A stretch of DNA of 64,000 nt from an uncultured Methylomirabilota bacterium. GTDB lineage: Bacteria; Methylomirabilota; Methylomirabilia; Methylomirabilales; 2-02-FULL-66-22. The notes below the pieces were generated by a model. That model was not told the origin of the DNA and did no database searches. It worked only from the letters and a program-made list of their open reading frames with translations. The stretch covers positions 3,008,001-3,072,000 of the forward strand of contig OY970067.1 in NCBI GenBank assembly GCA_963705305.1. The letters run 5' to 3'. Positions 9,295 through 19,610 of the stretch are shown one piece after another (position 1 is the first letter of the stretch; every line of letters starts with the position of its first letter). A program made the translations under genes and the position numbers.

Positions 9295-10518
9295 ATGCGG
9301 GAGCGGATCGGAGGGGCGTCCGGCTGGACGGAAACACTGTGGCGCGAGGCACGGCGACTGGCGGTGGTCGCATTGGTCCTGGCTCTTACCGTGCTCTCGA
9401 CCGGAGAGCCGGCCCTGGCCGCGCGACATCGGCCGCGGCCGGCAAGGGTGTCGGGGCCGGCGAAGGTGTCGGGACCGACGACCTCGTCCTGGATCGTGAT
9501 CAATGCGGACACTGGCGACGTGCTGAGCAGCCAGGACCCCGATCGCCCCGGCGCCCCCGCCTCCATGACAAAAATGATGCTGGCCCTCCTGGTGATGGAG
9601 GCCGTCAAGGATGGCCAGCTGAAGCTGTCGGACCCGGTCCAGACCAGCGCCCGGGCGAGCAGAATGGGAGGCTCCCAGGTCTACCTCAAACAGGGGGAGA
9701 CCTTCAGCGTCGATGAGATGATGGCCGCCCTGCTCATCGGTTCGGCCAACGATGCCGCGGTGGCCCTGGCCGAACGCCTGGCCGGAACCGTGGAAGCCGC
9801 CGTGGCCCGCATGAACGAGCGGGCGGCCGCGCTCAAGCTGACCCAGACCCACTTCAGCTCGGTCCACGGGCTGCCGCCGGCGCCCGGACAGTCCGGGGAC
9901 GTCACCACGCCCCAGGATATGGCCCGGCTGTCCCAGGAGCTTCTCAAATACCCCGACATCCTCCGCTGGACCTCCACGCAAGACGCCCCGTTCCGCGGGG
10001 GGAGCTTCATCCTACAGAACAGTAACCACCTGATCGGCCATTTCCCGGGGGCCGACGGCTTGAAGACGGGGCACTTCCACCAGGCGGGCTACAACGTCAC
10101 GGCGACGGCCAAGCGGGGGAGTCTGCGCCTCGTCGCGGTGGTGATGGGGGCGCCCACCAATCGGGCGCGGTTCACCGAGGCGGCCCGTCTGCTGAGCGAG
10201 GGATTCGCCCGCTACGTCGAGGTGACCGTGGCGAAGGCCGGGTCGCCGGTGGGAGACGCGGTGCGGCTTCCGCGGGCGAGGAGCGCCTTCCGGCCGGTGG
10301 TCACCACGGATGTGCAGGTGTACGTGAAGCGGGAGGAGAGCGACGCCGTCAAGGCCGCCGTCCAGATGGCCAGCGGCCTGCGGGCCCCGATGCACAAGGG
10401 TCAGCCGGTGGGAACGCTGGTCGTTCGCCTGGGCGATCGCGAGCTGTCCCGCGTGCCGGTCGTGACGCCGGCGCCCGTTCCACGGGCGTTCTTCTGGTGG
10501 GTGACCCCGTGGCGGTAG
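9295..10518 (+). CDS. D-alanyl-D-alanine carboxypeptidase (peptidase S11, PBP5/6-like)
   Basis: PASMTK (SxxK), SANDAA (SxN), HGL, GLKTG, C-terminal PBP5_C-like domain. Confidence 0.93.
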   Translation: MRERIGGASGWTETLWREARRLAVVALVLALTVLSTGEPALAARHRPRPARVSGPAKVSGPTTSSWIVINADTGDVLSSQDPDRPGAPASMTKMMLALLVMEAVKDGQLKLSDPVQTSARASRMGGSQVYLKQGETFSVDEMMAALLIGSANDAAVALAERLAGTVEAAVARMNERAAALKLTQTHFSSVHGLPPAPGQSGDVTTPQDMARLSQELLKYPDILRWTSTQDAPFRGGSFILQNSNHLIGHFPGADGLKTGHFHQAGYNVTATAKRGSLRLVAVVMGAPTNRARFTEAARLLSEGFARYVEVTVAKAGSPVGDAVRLPRARSAFRPVVTTDVQVYVKREESDAVKAAVQMASGLRAPMHKGQPVGTLVVRLGDRELSRVPVVTPAPVPRAFFWWVTPWR

Positions 10519-10677
10519 CGGGGGCAGACCCGCCAGGACCGCGCCGCCGGCTCCAGCTGCAGCACCGGCGAGGGGAGGTCGAGGGATTGTGTTGTGGGCG
10601 CTCTCTGCGCCCGTTATAATGTCACCAGCTTCGGGCAACAGATGCGGCGTCGCCGGAAACCGCGCGGGACTGAGGAG

Positions 10678-11463
10678 ATGTGGTCGGTGCTGATCTCCAT
10701 GTTGTACCGCCTGTACGAGCGGCGGCTGAAGGCCGAGCTCCAGCGGTGGCCCCTGCCCCGCCATATCGGCCTGATCCTGGACGGGAACCGCCGCTTCGCG
10801 CGGTGGATGGGGCTGCGCGATGTGATCCAAGGTCACGAGCGGGGCGCCGCAAAGCTGGAGGAGGCCCTGGGGTGGTTTGAGGAGCTGGGGATCCAGATGG
10901 TCACCATCTGGATCCTGTCCACGGAGAACCTGGGACGCACTCCCGAAGAGCTGGAAGGGCTGCTCTCCCTCATCGAGCGGCGGATGCGGCAGACGGCCGC
11001 CGACCCGAAGATTCACCAGCGCCAGGTGCGGATCCGAGCCATCGGCAAGCTGGAGCTCCTTCCCGATTCATTGCGCGAGGCCATCCGGATCGCCGAGGAG
11101 GCCACCGCCGACCACGATCATTTCTCCCTGAATGTGGCGGTGGGATACGGCGGGCGGCAGGAAGTGGTGGATGCCGTCCGGGGGATCCTGGCCGACTGGG
11201 GGCACCAGGGGCTGACGCCGGCCGAGATCGCCGATCGCCTGACGGCGGACGTGATCGGGAAGTATCTCTACACCTATGAACTGCCCGACCCCGATCTCAT
11301 CATCCGCACCAGCGGCGAGGTGCGGCTGAGCGGTTTCCTCCTCTGGCAGAGCGCATACAGCGAATACTACTTCTGCGACGCCTACTGGCCCGCCTTCCGC
11401 AAGATCGATCTTCTGCGCGCCATCCGCAGCTACCAGCAGCGCCAGCGCCGCTACGGGCGGTAG
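10678..11463 (+). CDS. uppS: cis-prenyltransferase (UppS family)
   Basis: PRHIGLILDGNRRFA, STEN, YGGRQE, DPDLIIRTSGEVRLSGFLLWQSAYSEYYF, RRYG; ATG 10678 after GAGGAG. Confidence 0.9.
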   Translation: MWSVLISMLYRLYERRLKAELQRWPLPRHIGLILDGNRRFARWMGLRDVIQGHERGAAKLEEALGWFEELGIQMVTIWILSTENLGRTPEELEGLLSLIERRMRQTAADPKIHQRQVRIRAIGKLELLPDSLREAIRIAEEATADHDHFSLNVAVGYGGRQEVVDAVRGILADWGHQGLTPAEIADRLTADVIGKYLYTYELPDPDLIIRTSGEVRLSGFLLWQSAYSEYYFCDAYWPAFRKIDLLRAIRSYQQRQRRYGR

Positions 11464-11478
11464 CGGCGCTGGCGCTGC
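11436..11478. terminator. 19-bp perfect stem spanning the uppS stop codon
   Basis: GCAGCGCCAGCGCCGCTAC-GGGCG-GTAGCGGCGCTGGCGCTGC; no U-tract, so the terminator role is uncertain. Confidence 0.45.
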
Positions 11479-11729
11479 CCCCAGATTGCGAACGCCGCAG
11501 GCCGAGATCAGGACCCCCGGGTTCCCGGTGAGGCCGCGGGCCCGGCAGACGTTGAAGAATCCCTCCCCTTTGACCGTGAACAGCTCGGCGGACTCGGGGT
11601 CGTAGCCGTGGAGGAGAGCATAGAGTCAGGGGCCTCCCAGGAGGACGCCCCTGACCTCCAGAGGGGTCGGCTCCGGCTCCAGAGTGACCCTGCTTGATCA
11701 CCCGGAGATGGTCGCCGCTGGGCGCACGC

Positions 11730-11879
11730 CCCAAATCTCCGGCTAACTTGTGCATCGCCTCTACGGGGCGCCACCCGCCGGGTGCGACCAGGTCCGAGGC
11801 GGGCAGCCGCCCCCGCAGCCATGAATGCGGGCGCGACTGATGTGCACTACCGGCCTTCGACGTTAGCCGGAGATTAAGG
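11730..11879. mobile_element. MITE (non-autonomous IS1380-family derivative), 150 bp
   Basis: Terminal IRs CCCAAATCTCCGGCTAAC / GTTAGCCGGAGATTAAGG; 5-bp TSD CACGC (11725-11729 and 11880-11884); IRs nearly identical to those of the IS at 44442-45961. Confidence 0.9.
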
Positions 11880-12051
11880 CACGCGCTGAGCCATTGATTT
11901 CATCCCGTTGTCTGGGTAGACTCACAGTTCGATCGCCGAGGGGCGATGCGGGGCGTCGGGCGGCCGCCCACTCGGGCCGCGCCCGATGGAGACGGCGGCC
12001 TGGGCGGTCCGCGACGAGTGTCGGGGCCGCCACGGATGCCGAGGGAGAAGC

Positions 12052-14028
12052 GTGACGGATCGTGTAGGGTTTGAGGCGGCACCGCTGCGGCTCGAGACTC
12101 GACGGGGCGCGGTTGCGGCGCAACGCTGGCGGAGCTTGGCGGAGGCGGCCGGGCAGGCCGCAGAGCGGGCCGCGCGGACTCTCCTTCGCCTGCAAGGGCC
12201 GGAGGGGCTCTGGTGTGGTGACCTGCTGGCGGACGTGACCCTGGAGGCCGACTACGTCCTTGTGCAGCTCTGGTGCCACCCCCCGTCCGGGAGTGCGTGG
12301 CGGCCGCCGACGTGGAGCCGCATCCAGAAGGCATGCGCCACCATCCTGGACCGTCAGTTGCCGGATGGCGGCTTCACCATCTACCCGGGCGGGCCGGCCG
12401 ACATCAATGCCAGCGTGAAGGCGTACACGGCACTGAAGCTCGCCGGCGCGGCCGTCGAAAGCGGTCCCCTCAAGCGGGCGCAGCAGCGTATTCTGGAGCT
12501 GGGGGGCATCCAGGCTGCCAACAGTTACGTCAGGATCAACCTCAGCCTCTTCGGTCTGTACCCGCGGCGGTACGCCCCATCCATCCCGCCCGAGCTCATG
12601 CTCTTGCCTGGAAACGTCCTGTATCAGATGTCGTCCTGGACCCGGACCATCGTGGTCCCCCTGTCCATCGTCCAATCCAAGGCGGGGCTGCGGCCCGTTC
12701 CCCCCGGCTTCAATCTCGAGGAGCTGGTGGCTCCCGGCAAGAGCTTCCGCCCGCCCAGGCGAGACGCGGTCTCGATCCTCTTTCACCAATTGGACCGCAC
12801 CTTCAAGCTCTGGGAGCACCGCGGCCCGGAAGACATCCGGCGCATGGCCCTGCGGGAGGCGGAGAAGTGGATGCTCGACCGCACCCGCTACAGCAAGGGC
12901 CTGGGGGCCATCTATCCATCCATGATGTACCTGGTCATGGCGCTGGATGCGCTGGGGTACCCGGAGGATCATCCGGACATGATCGAGGCGGTGCGGCAGT
13001 TCGAGGCCCTCCTGACCGAGACGGCCGACCGGCTCTATTTCCAGCCCTGTTTCTCGCCGGTGTGGGACACGGCCTACGCCATGTTCGCGCTGGGAGAAAT
13101 GGGAGCGGGAGGCTCCGAGGCGCTGAGCCGCTCGGCGGACTGGCTCATCCGGAAGGAGGTGCGCCACCGGGGAGACTGGTCCGTCAAGCGGCCGAACCTG
13201 GAGCCCTCCGGCTGGGCCTTCGAGTTTTCCAACGAGCATTACCCCGACATCGACGACACGGCCATGGTCCTGCTGGCCCTCCTACACGGGCAGGCGCCGG
13301 AAGCCGAGGCCCAGCGGCGCTGCGAGCAGCGCGCCCTGCACTGGCTGCTCAACATGCAGTCGAGTGACGGCGGATGGGCGGCCTTCGACGTGGATAACAA
13401 CTGGGCCATCCTGACCAAGGTGCCCTTCGCGGACCACAACGCCATGCTGGACCCGACCTGCCCGGACGTCACCGGGCGGGTCCTGGAGGCGCTCTGTCGC
13501 CGCGGCTGCAGCCTGGCCGACCCGGCGGTGCGAAGAGGGGTGAACTACCTCCTCCGGCAGCAGGAGCGAAACGGCAGCTGGTTCGGCCGCTGGGGGGTCG
13601 ACTATCTCTACGGCACCTTCCTGGCCTTGCGCGGCCTGCAAGCGGCGCAGGCCGCTGATGCCATGGACGCGGTGCGGAAGGCCGCCCGCTGGCTCGCCTC
13701 GGTTCAGAACTCCGACGGCGGCTGGGGCGAGAGCTGCGCCAGCTACGTGCACAACCGCTTCGTGGGGGCCGCCAGCACCCCGTCGCAAACGGCCTGGGCG
13801 CTCTTGGGGCTTCTCGCCGCCGGCCCCAGCGCCTCCTCCGAGAGCCTGGAGCGCGGTGTCCGGCACCTGGTCGATACCCAGGGGGCGGATGGGACCTGGG
13901 ACGAGGAATCGGCGACCGGGACCGGCTTCCCCAACGTCTTCTACCTTCAGTATACGATGTACCGCATATACTTCCCGCTCTTGGCGCTCACCTTGGCGAA
14001 GCGGACGCTGGAGGGGCATCCGGCCTAG
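12052..14028 (+). CDS. shc: Squalene-hopene cyclase
   Basis: YPDIDDTA (DxDD), QW repeats (QSSDGGW, QERNGSW, QNSDGGWGE), SPVWDT, FADHNAMLDP, TGTGFP. Start GTG 12052 after GAGGGAG; ORF open from 11986. Confidence 0.95.
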   Translation: MTDRVGFEAAPLRLETRRGAVAAQRWRSLAEAAGQAAERAARTLLRLQGPEGLWCGDLLADVTLEADYVLVQLWCHPPSGSAWRPPTWSRIQKACATILDRQLPDGGFTIYPGGPADINASVKAYTALKLAGAAVESGPLKRAQQRILELGGIQAANSYVRINLSLFGLYPRRYAPSIPPELMLLPGNVLYQMSSWTRTIVVPLSIVQSKAGLRPVPPGFNLEELVAPGKSFRPPRRDAVSILFHQLDRTFKLWEHRGPEDIRRMALREAEKWMLDRTRYSKGLGAIYPSMMYLVMALDALGYPEDHPDMIEAVRQFEALLTETADRLYFQPCFSPVWDTAYAMFALGEMGAGGSEALSRSADWLIRKEVRHRGDWSVKRPNLEPSGWAFEFSNEHYPDIDDTAMVLLALLHGQAPEAEAQRRCEQRALHWLLNMQSSDGGWAAFDVDNNWAILTKVPFADHNAMLDPTCPDVTGRVLEALCRRGCSLADPAVRRGVNYLLRQQERNGSWFGRWGVDYLYGTFLALRGLQAAQAADAMDAVRKAARWLASVQNSDGGWGESCASYVHNRFVGAASTPSQTAWALLGLLAAGPSASSESLERGVRHLVDTQGADGTWDEESATGTGFPNVFYLQYTMYRIYFPLLALTLAKRTLEGHPA

Positions 14029-14087
14029 CCACAACGTCCCGTTTGATTCGGCGTGCGCGGCGTGGTTTTGAGGAAGGCGGAGAGAAC

Positions 14088-14807
14088 ATGAGACGGTACC
14101 TGGTGTGGGCATCTGGATGGGTGGGGGTGGCCGCCTGCGTGCTGGCGGGATGCTCCGGTGCTCCGCCGGCGATCCCGATTCAGCCCATCCAGAGCTACGG
14201 CTTTCGCCAGACGCACGGGGATGTCCGGGTGGCGGTGGACCCGTTCTTCACCCCCGATCGGGCCGGGGCGGCCTTCAGCGGCGGAGAGGGGTTCCCGGAC
14301 AAGGGCCTGCTGCCCGTTCAGGTGATCATCGAGAATGGCAGTCGTGCAGCGGTTCAGGTGGATCCGCAGAATGCCCGGCTGGTGCACCCCAATGGGAGGT
14401 CGGAGATATCCCTCTCCGCCTATGACGCCTTCGCCCTTGTGAAGATCCCCGTCGGCTGGTGGGCGCTGGGTGCCGTCGTGGGGGCCTCCGTGCCCGGCTA
14501 CCGGAACCGGGAAAGATTACGGGACATCGAAGGCCGCGCGTTAAAGGCGGGTACGATCTCTCCCGGCCAGTCCGAGGCGGGGTTTGTGTACTTCTCCCTG
14601 CCTGAGGAGCAGCAGAGCCTGGACGGCGATCGGGTAGTCCTGGTCCTCATGGATGCCGGGGGTCGGGAAATTCCCTACGAGATCCCCATTCACGGACAGC
14701 GAGACATCCCGAAACCCGCCAAGCCGGTCGAGGCGCCGCCCCCTCAACCCAACAGCCGAATCCAGGGAGGGAGCGACGGGATCATCATCCGCAGTCCGGC
14801 CCCATGA
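14088..14807 (+). CDS. Hypothetical lipoprotein
   Basis: VLAGC lipobox; no recognisable family. Confidence 0.7.
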   Translation: MRRYLVWASGWVGVAACVLAGCSGAPPAIPIQPIQSYGFRQTHGDVRVAVDPFFTPDRAGAAFSGGEGFPDKGLLPVQVIIENGSRAAVQVDPQNARLVHPNGRSEISLSAYDAFALVKIPVGWWALGAVVGASVPGYRNRERLRDIEGRALKAGTISPGQSEAGFVYFSLPEEQQSLDGDRVVLVLMDAGGREIPYEIPIHGQRDIPKPAKPVEAPPPQPNSRIQGGSDGIIIRSPAP

Positions 14808-15332
14808 AGATCGACGATTTCCGAAGAGGGGCCGGGTGAAACGGGATGCTGCTTCCGGGCGACTGGAGGCATTTTCCACGGACAGGGCGCCCGACGCCGT
14901 TGGGAGACGGCTGATCGGGGGGAAGGCATGGCGACGCCCCTCTCAGGGGTCGTTGGGGCCTGCCCGGCGCGAGAAGGGCCCGGGAACGTGGCCGATCCAT
15001 TCGGCGGCTCCTGATCCTGCCCGCGATCGCCGAAGAGCGGCTCGTTGCACTCTCCGGCCTGCCTGAGATCAGTCAGACATCCCCGGGCCCCCGATCCGCG
15101 GCCACGAGCGCCGGCAGGCTGCCGTCTCCGTGCCTGCAGGCGCTGACTTCCCCGGGCCACCCCCCGAGAAGGCCTGCCTCTCCGGTTCGGCGGTCGCGGG
15201 ACGGGGCGGTCGCCCCGCAGGGTCCGGGTGCGGGAATTCCTGTGACGGGGTGCTGAAGAGCATCCTCGCGATGGCACGGCCGGGCGGCATCGAAACCCGA
15301 ACAGGGAGACGCGCGCGAAAAAAGAGGCGGAA

Positions 15333-16568
15333 ATGACTGATCTCAGAAGAATGCGCCTGTATGCGACCGGCGCCCTAGCGGCCATGGCCGCGCTCTACGT
15401 GCTGTCGAAGAGCCTGGAGCATCGCGCGCTCTTCTGGGGCTGCGCGGCGGCCTTTGCCGAGGCGGCCATGGTCGGCGCCCTGGCAGACTGGTTCGCGGTT
15501 GTGGCGTTGTTCCGGCATCCCGTGGGGCTTCCCATCCCGCATACCGCGATCATCCCATCCAATCAGGATCGGATCGGCAGGACGCTGGCACACTTCGTAG
15601 TGAAACACTTCCTCAGCGGGGAGGCCGTGGGGCAGCGCTTTGAGCGGATGGATTTGACCGCCAGAGCGGCCGAGTGGCTGTGGGCCAACGCCGGGCGGGT
15701 GGCGGAGCAGGTGCGCTCGGCGGCCCCCGTGCTGCTCCGGGTGCTCGACGATGAGGACGTCCGGCGGCTCCTACACGAGACGATCCTGGCAAGATTGCGG
15801 GCCGTCGAGATCGCGCCGCTGGCCGGAAAGGCGCTCCAGGGGCTCACGGCCGGCCAGCGGGGGGATCTCGTCCTGGATGCGGCCGTCGCATTGGCCGAGG
15901 AGCTGGTGCGCGCCAATCAAGAGTTCATCCGGGCGTATGTACGACAGCGCATCCCCCTGCCCGACCTTCCCGGGGTGTCATTCGTCAAGGATGTGTTGGG
16001 AGACAGCATCGGGCGGAGGGTGGCCGAGGCCATGCTGGAGAGCCTGCGGGAGGTGCGATTGCAGGCAAGCCACCCTCTCCGGCAGCAGTTCCGCAGCAAG
16101 CTGACGGACTTGGCCGAAGCGCTTCAGCACTCGGAGGAGTATCGGCTCCAGGGGGAGGCGCTCAAGGAAGAGCTGCTCAGACATCCGGCGGTGGGGGGAT
16201 ACGTGGCCGAGAGCGTGCGCGGTCTGAAGCGGGATCTGGAGAAGGACCTCGCATCCCCGGACTCGCGGTTCCGGGCGCAGGCGGAACACGTGGTGGTGCG
16301 GATCGCCCACCTCTTGATCGAGGATCAAGCGCTCCGGGCCAAGCTCAACGCCTGGCTCAGGTCCAGCCTGGTCGAGCTGGTCCAGCGGCAGGGCCCGGAC
16401 GCGGGTCGGTTCATCCAGGAGCGCGTGCGCGCGTGGGACAGCGGCCAGTTCACCCGGACGCTGGAGGAGGCCGTGGGGCGGGACCTGCAATACATCCGGT
16501 TGAACGGGACGCTTGTCGGCGGCGCGGTGGGGCTGGCGATCTACATCGTGAGCGGATGGGTGTGGTAG
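15333..16568 (+). CDS. DUF445 family membrane protein (YjiN-like)
   Basis: AEAAMVGALADWFAVVALFRHP.GLPIPHTAIIP and GRDLQYIRLNGTLVGG. Confidence 0.92.
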   Translation: MTDLRRMRLYATGALAAMAALYVLSKSLEHRALFWGCAAAFAEAAMVGALADWFAVVALFRHPVGLPIPHTAIIPSNQDRIGRTLAHFVVKHFLSGEAVGQRFERMDLTARAAEWLWANAGRVAEQVRSAAPVLLRVLDDEDVRRLLHETILARLRAVEIAPLAGKALQGLTAGQRGDLVLDAAVALAEELVRANQEFIRAYVRQRIPLPDLPGVSFVKDVLGDSIGRRVAEAMLESLREVRLQASHPLRQQFRSKLTDLAEALQHSEEYRLQGEALKEELLRHPAVGGYVAESVRGLKRDLEKDLASPDSRFRAQAEHVVVRIAHLLIEDQALRAKLNAWLRSSLVELVQRQGPDAGRFIQERVRAWDSGQFTRTLEEAVGRDLQYIRLNGTLVGGAVGLAIYIVSGWVW

Positions 16569-16634
16569 AAGGGTGCCGGCTGTGCCAGACGGCCAGTGGT
16601 CGGGGCGCTGGGCCGGCCACGCGTGGAGCGCAGA

Positions 16635-17465
16635 ATGGATAGCCAACAGAGTGAGTCGGCGGGAGGGGCCCGAGACCCGCGCCGCAGACTGCCCACACTC
16701 AGCCGTGAGAGCATGCTGCTTCTGCTCACGATGGCGGCGGGCAGCGTGGACGCCATCAGCTACCTGGGGCTCGGCCACGTCTTCACCGCCATGATGACCG
16801 GGAACACGGCGCTGCTCGGCCTGGCGGTGGGGCAGGGACAGGTCCTGGCGGCGCTGCGCAATATCCTGGCGCTGGCGGGATTCGCCGGCGGGGTGGCCAT
16901 TGGCGCGGCGATCGTCCACCGGGATCCCCGTCAAGGCGACTGGCCTCCGGTAGTAACCAAGGCGCTGGCGTTGGAAGCGCTCCTCCTGGCGCTATTCGCC
17001 TCCATCTGGCACCTGACCGGGCCCGGTCGGGCCGGGATAGTGGTCTCCGTCATGATCGTACTGACGGCGGTGGCCATGGGGGTGCAGAGCGCGGCGGTAC
17101 AGCGACTGGGTGTTCCGGGCGTCATGACCACCTATATCACGGGCACGCTGACGAATCTGATGGTGGACGTCGCGCGCTGGCTGCGTCCCGCAGATCGTGC
17201 GGTGGCTGTGCCCGCAGCCGCCGGGCCGGCCGGCCGCTCCGGCGGACCGGCGCCGCCCTGGGAGCGTCGACTCGGGCTCCTGGCCGCCGTGTTCCTCGTC
17301 TATGCGTTCGGGGCGCTGGCGGGAAGCTTCCTGCGGAACCCCACATTGTCCTTCGTCACCCTGCTCCCCTTCGCGGCGGTGGCGCTGGTGATCGGAAACG
17401 CGACCGCCCGTCGCTGGTCCCGGGAGGAGGACGTGCCGAAGAGCTCCTGGTCGGCCGGATCCTGA
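16635..17465 (+). CDS. YoaK/DUF1275 family membrane protein
   Basis: AGSVDAISYL..FTAMMTGN, AMGVQSAA, TTYITGTLT. Start uncertain (16635 or 16713). Confidence 0.88.
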   Translation: MDSQQSESAGGARDPRRRLPTLSRESMLLLLTMAAGSVDAISYLGLGHVFTAMMTGNTALLGLAVGQGQVLAALRNILALAGFAGGVAIGAAIVHRDPRQGDWPPVVTKALALEALLLALFASIWHLTGPGRAGIVVSVMIVLTAVAMGVQSAAVQRLGVPGVMTTYITGTLTNLMVDVARWLRPADRAVAVPAAAGPAGRSGGPAPPWERRLGLLAAVFLVYAFGALAGSFLRNPTLSFVTLLPFAAVALVIGNATARRWSREEDVPKSSWSAGS

Positions 17466-17715
17466 GGGGCCCCGCCGCGAGCTTGCATTGATTGGTCCGG
17501 GCGGCGGGGAGAGGAGCGCGGCATGTCTTCCGTTGCGATCCTTTGTCATTCTAACCCTTGCGGGAAACGGCCGGACAGTCTAAGGTAATACCACGCGTTT
17601 TGGTGCCTGAACTGATTTCACTCGATACGAGCCCAGGAGCCGACGTCGGCGGATTTCCGGGAAGGCGGAGGCTGCGGCGAACCGGAGTCCTGACACCACG
17701 AAGGAGGAATCGAGC

Positions 17716-19605
17716 ATGCCGGGCGGGTTCAATGGAAAGTTTCTGCGTGTGGATCTGACCAAAGGCGCCACCACCATCGAGGAGCTCCCCGAGCTGACAT
17801 ATCGCATGTACCTGGGGGGAACGGCCATGGTGGCCTACCTCCTGCTGCGGGAGATCAAGCCGGGAACCGATCCCCTCGGGCCGGACAACGCGCTGGTTTT
17901 CGCCACCGGCCCGCTGAACGGGACGCCCGTGTCGGGCACCAACCGCTTCAGCGCCGGGGCCAAATCGCCGCTGACCGGCGGCTACTGCGAGAGCGAGTGC
18001 GGCGGCTGGTGGGGACCGGAGCTGAAGTTCGCCGGGCTTGACGGGATCATCGTCACCGGCCAGTCCTCCCGTCCTGTCTACCTGTGGATCACCGACGGGA
18101 CGGTGGAGCTGCGGGACGCGGCGCACGTCTGGGGCAAGGCGTCCGGCGAGGTGCAGGATCTCCTCACGGCCGAGACCGACAAGCGGGCCCGCGTCCTCCA
18201 GTGCGGTCCCGCCGGCGAGCGGGTCGTGCGTCTTGCAAACATCGTCAACGAACTGAAGCACTTCGTCGGGCGCGGCGGCCTGGGGGCCGTGATGGGCAGC
18301 AAGAAGCTGCGGGCCATCGCCGTCCGGGGGCACGGGAAGCCGGAGCCCAAGGATCCGGCGGGGGTCCAGGCGGTCATGAAGTGGTTCCGCGAGCACTACG
18401 ACCGGGACGCGGACATGCTCCACAAGTTCGGCACGTCCCGGAACGTGGTGGCCATGGACAAGGACGGCATCCTGCCCAGCTACAACTTTAAGAAGGGGCA
18501 ATTCGAGAAGGCCCGCGAGGTCAGCGGGCAGTACATGGCCGAGACCGTCATGGAGGACACGGGCACCTGCTTCGCCTGCGCCGTTGCCTGCAAGCGCGAG
18601 GTGAGCATCCCCGAGCTGGGGGTGACGTCCAGGTACGGCGGCCCGGAGTACGAGACCATCGCGGCCAGCGGACCGGCTTGCGGGGTGGGGGACATCAAGG
18701 CGATCTCGAAGTTCCACCAGATCTGCGGCGAGCACGTCATGGACACCATCTCCGCGGGCATGACCATCGCTTTCGCCATGGAGTGCTTCGAGAACGGCAT
18801 CCTGACCAGCAAGGACACCGACGGGATCGAGCTCCGCTTCGGCAATGCCGACGCCATGCTCGCCGTGGCGGACAAGATGGCCAGGCGGGAGGGCGTGGGG
18901 GACCTCCTGGCCGACGGGGCCAAGCGGGCGGCGGCGCGCATCGGCCGCGGGGCCGAGCGGTTTGCCCTGACGGTCAAGGGGCAGGAGATCCCCATGCACG
19001 AGCCGCGCGGCAAGCAGGGCCTCTCCCTGGCCTACGCCACTACGGCAACGGGAGCCGATCATATGCGGGCGCCGCACGATCCCGTATACGAGGGCTTCAA
19101 CCCAAAGGGGGGGCATGCGCTGGAGTCCCTGGGGCTCGTCGAGGCCATGCCGCGCCTGGAGATGTCGCCACGGAAGGTGCGGGCGTTCTACTACGCCAAC
19201 AACTGGTGGAGCGCATGCAGCGCGCTGGGTGTCTGCCAGCTGGCGGCGGTGCCGATCGACATGCTGGCCATCACGCAAGTCGTCAATCTGACCCGGGCGG
19301 TCACCGGGTGGGACACCAGCCTGTGGGAGCTGATCAAGGTGGCGGAGCGCGGCAAGGCCATGGCCCGCGTCTTCAACTGCCGCGAGGGATTCACACCCAA
19401 GGACGATCAACTGCCGAAGCGCCTCCACGAGGCCTTCATGGACGGGCCGTTGAAGGATGTGCGCATCGACCCTGACAAGTTCGACCGGGCCCTGCGCCTC
19501 TATTATCAAATGGAGGGGTGGGACCCGGAGACCGGCTGGCCGACTTTCGCCAAACTCGCCGAGCTGGGAATCGAGTGGGCCGCCAAGCCCGGAGATACCT
19601 GGTAG
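17716..19605 (+). CDS. Aldehyde:ferredoxin oxidoreductase family (W/Mo-pterin, 4Fe-4S)
   Basis: LRVDLT, KSPLTGG, ELKFAG.DGI, GPAGE, GRGGLGAVMGSKKL, CFACAVAC, GPEYET, DTISAG, HEPRG; strong RBS AGGAGG. Confidence 0.95.
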   Translation: MPGGFNGKFLRVDLTKGATTIEELPELTYRMYLGGTAMVAYLLLREIKPGTDPLGPDNALVFATGPLNGTPVSGTNRFSAGAKSPLTGGYCESECGGWWGPELKFAGLDGIIVTGQSSRPVYLWITDGTVELRDAAHVWGKASGEVQDLLTAETDKRARVLQCGPAGERVVRLANIVNELKHFVGRGGLGAVMGSKKLRAIAVRGHGKPEPKDPAGVQAVMKWFREHYDRDADMLHKFGTSRNVVAMDKDGILPSYNFKKGQFEKAREVSGQYMAETVMEDTGTCFACAVACKREVSIPELGVTSRYGGPEYETIAASGPACGVGDIKAISKFHQICGEHVMDTISAGMTIAFAMECFENGILTSKDTDGIELRFGNADAMLAVADKMARREGVGDLLADGAKRAAARIGRGAERFALTVKGQEIPMHEPRGKQGLSLAYATTATGADHMRAPHDPVYEGFNPKGGHALESLGLVEAMPRLEMSPRKVRAFYYANNWWSACSALGVCQLAAVPIDMLAITQVVNLTRAVTGWDTSLWELIKVAERGKAMARVFNCREGFTPKDDQLPKRLHEAFMDGPLKDVRIDPDKFDRALRLYYQMEGWDPETGWPTFAKLAELGIEWAAKPGDTW

Positions 19606-19610
19606 CGGTC

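Noticed and set aside
11480..11900. Minus-strand frame interrupted by the MITE with two in-frame TGAs (..GVLLGGP*LYALLHGYDPESAELF..), considered as a selenoprotein
   Set aside because: No recognisable family, no redox motif or SECIS, and the frame runs on antisense into uppS; at most a decayed gene fragment.
17560..17715. Moco/Wco riboswitch before the AOR gene
   Set aside because: Plausible location, but the consensus elements could not be matched by eye.
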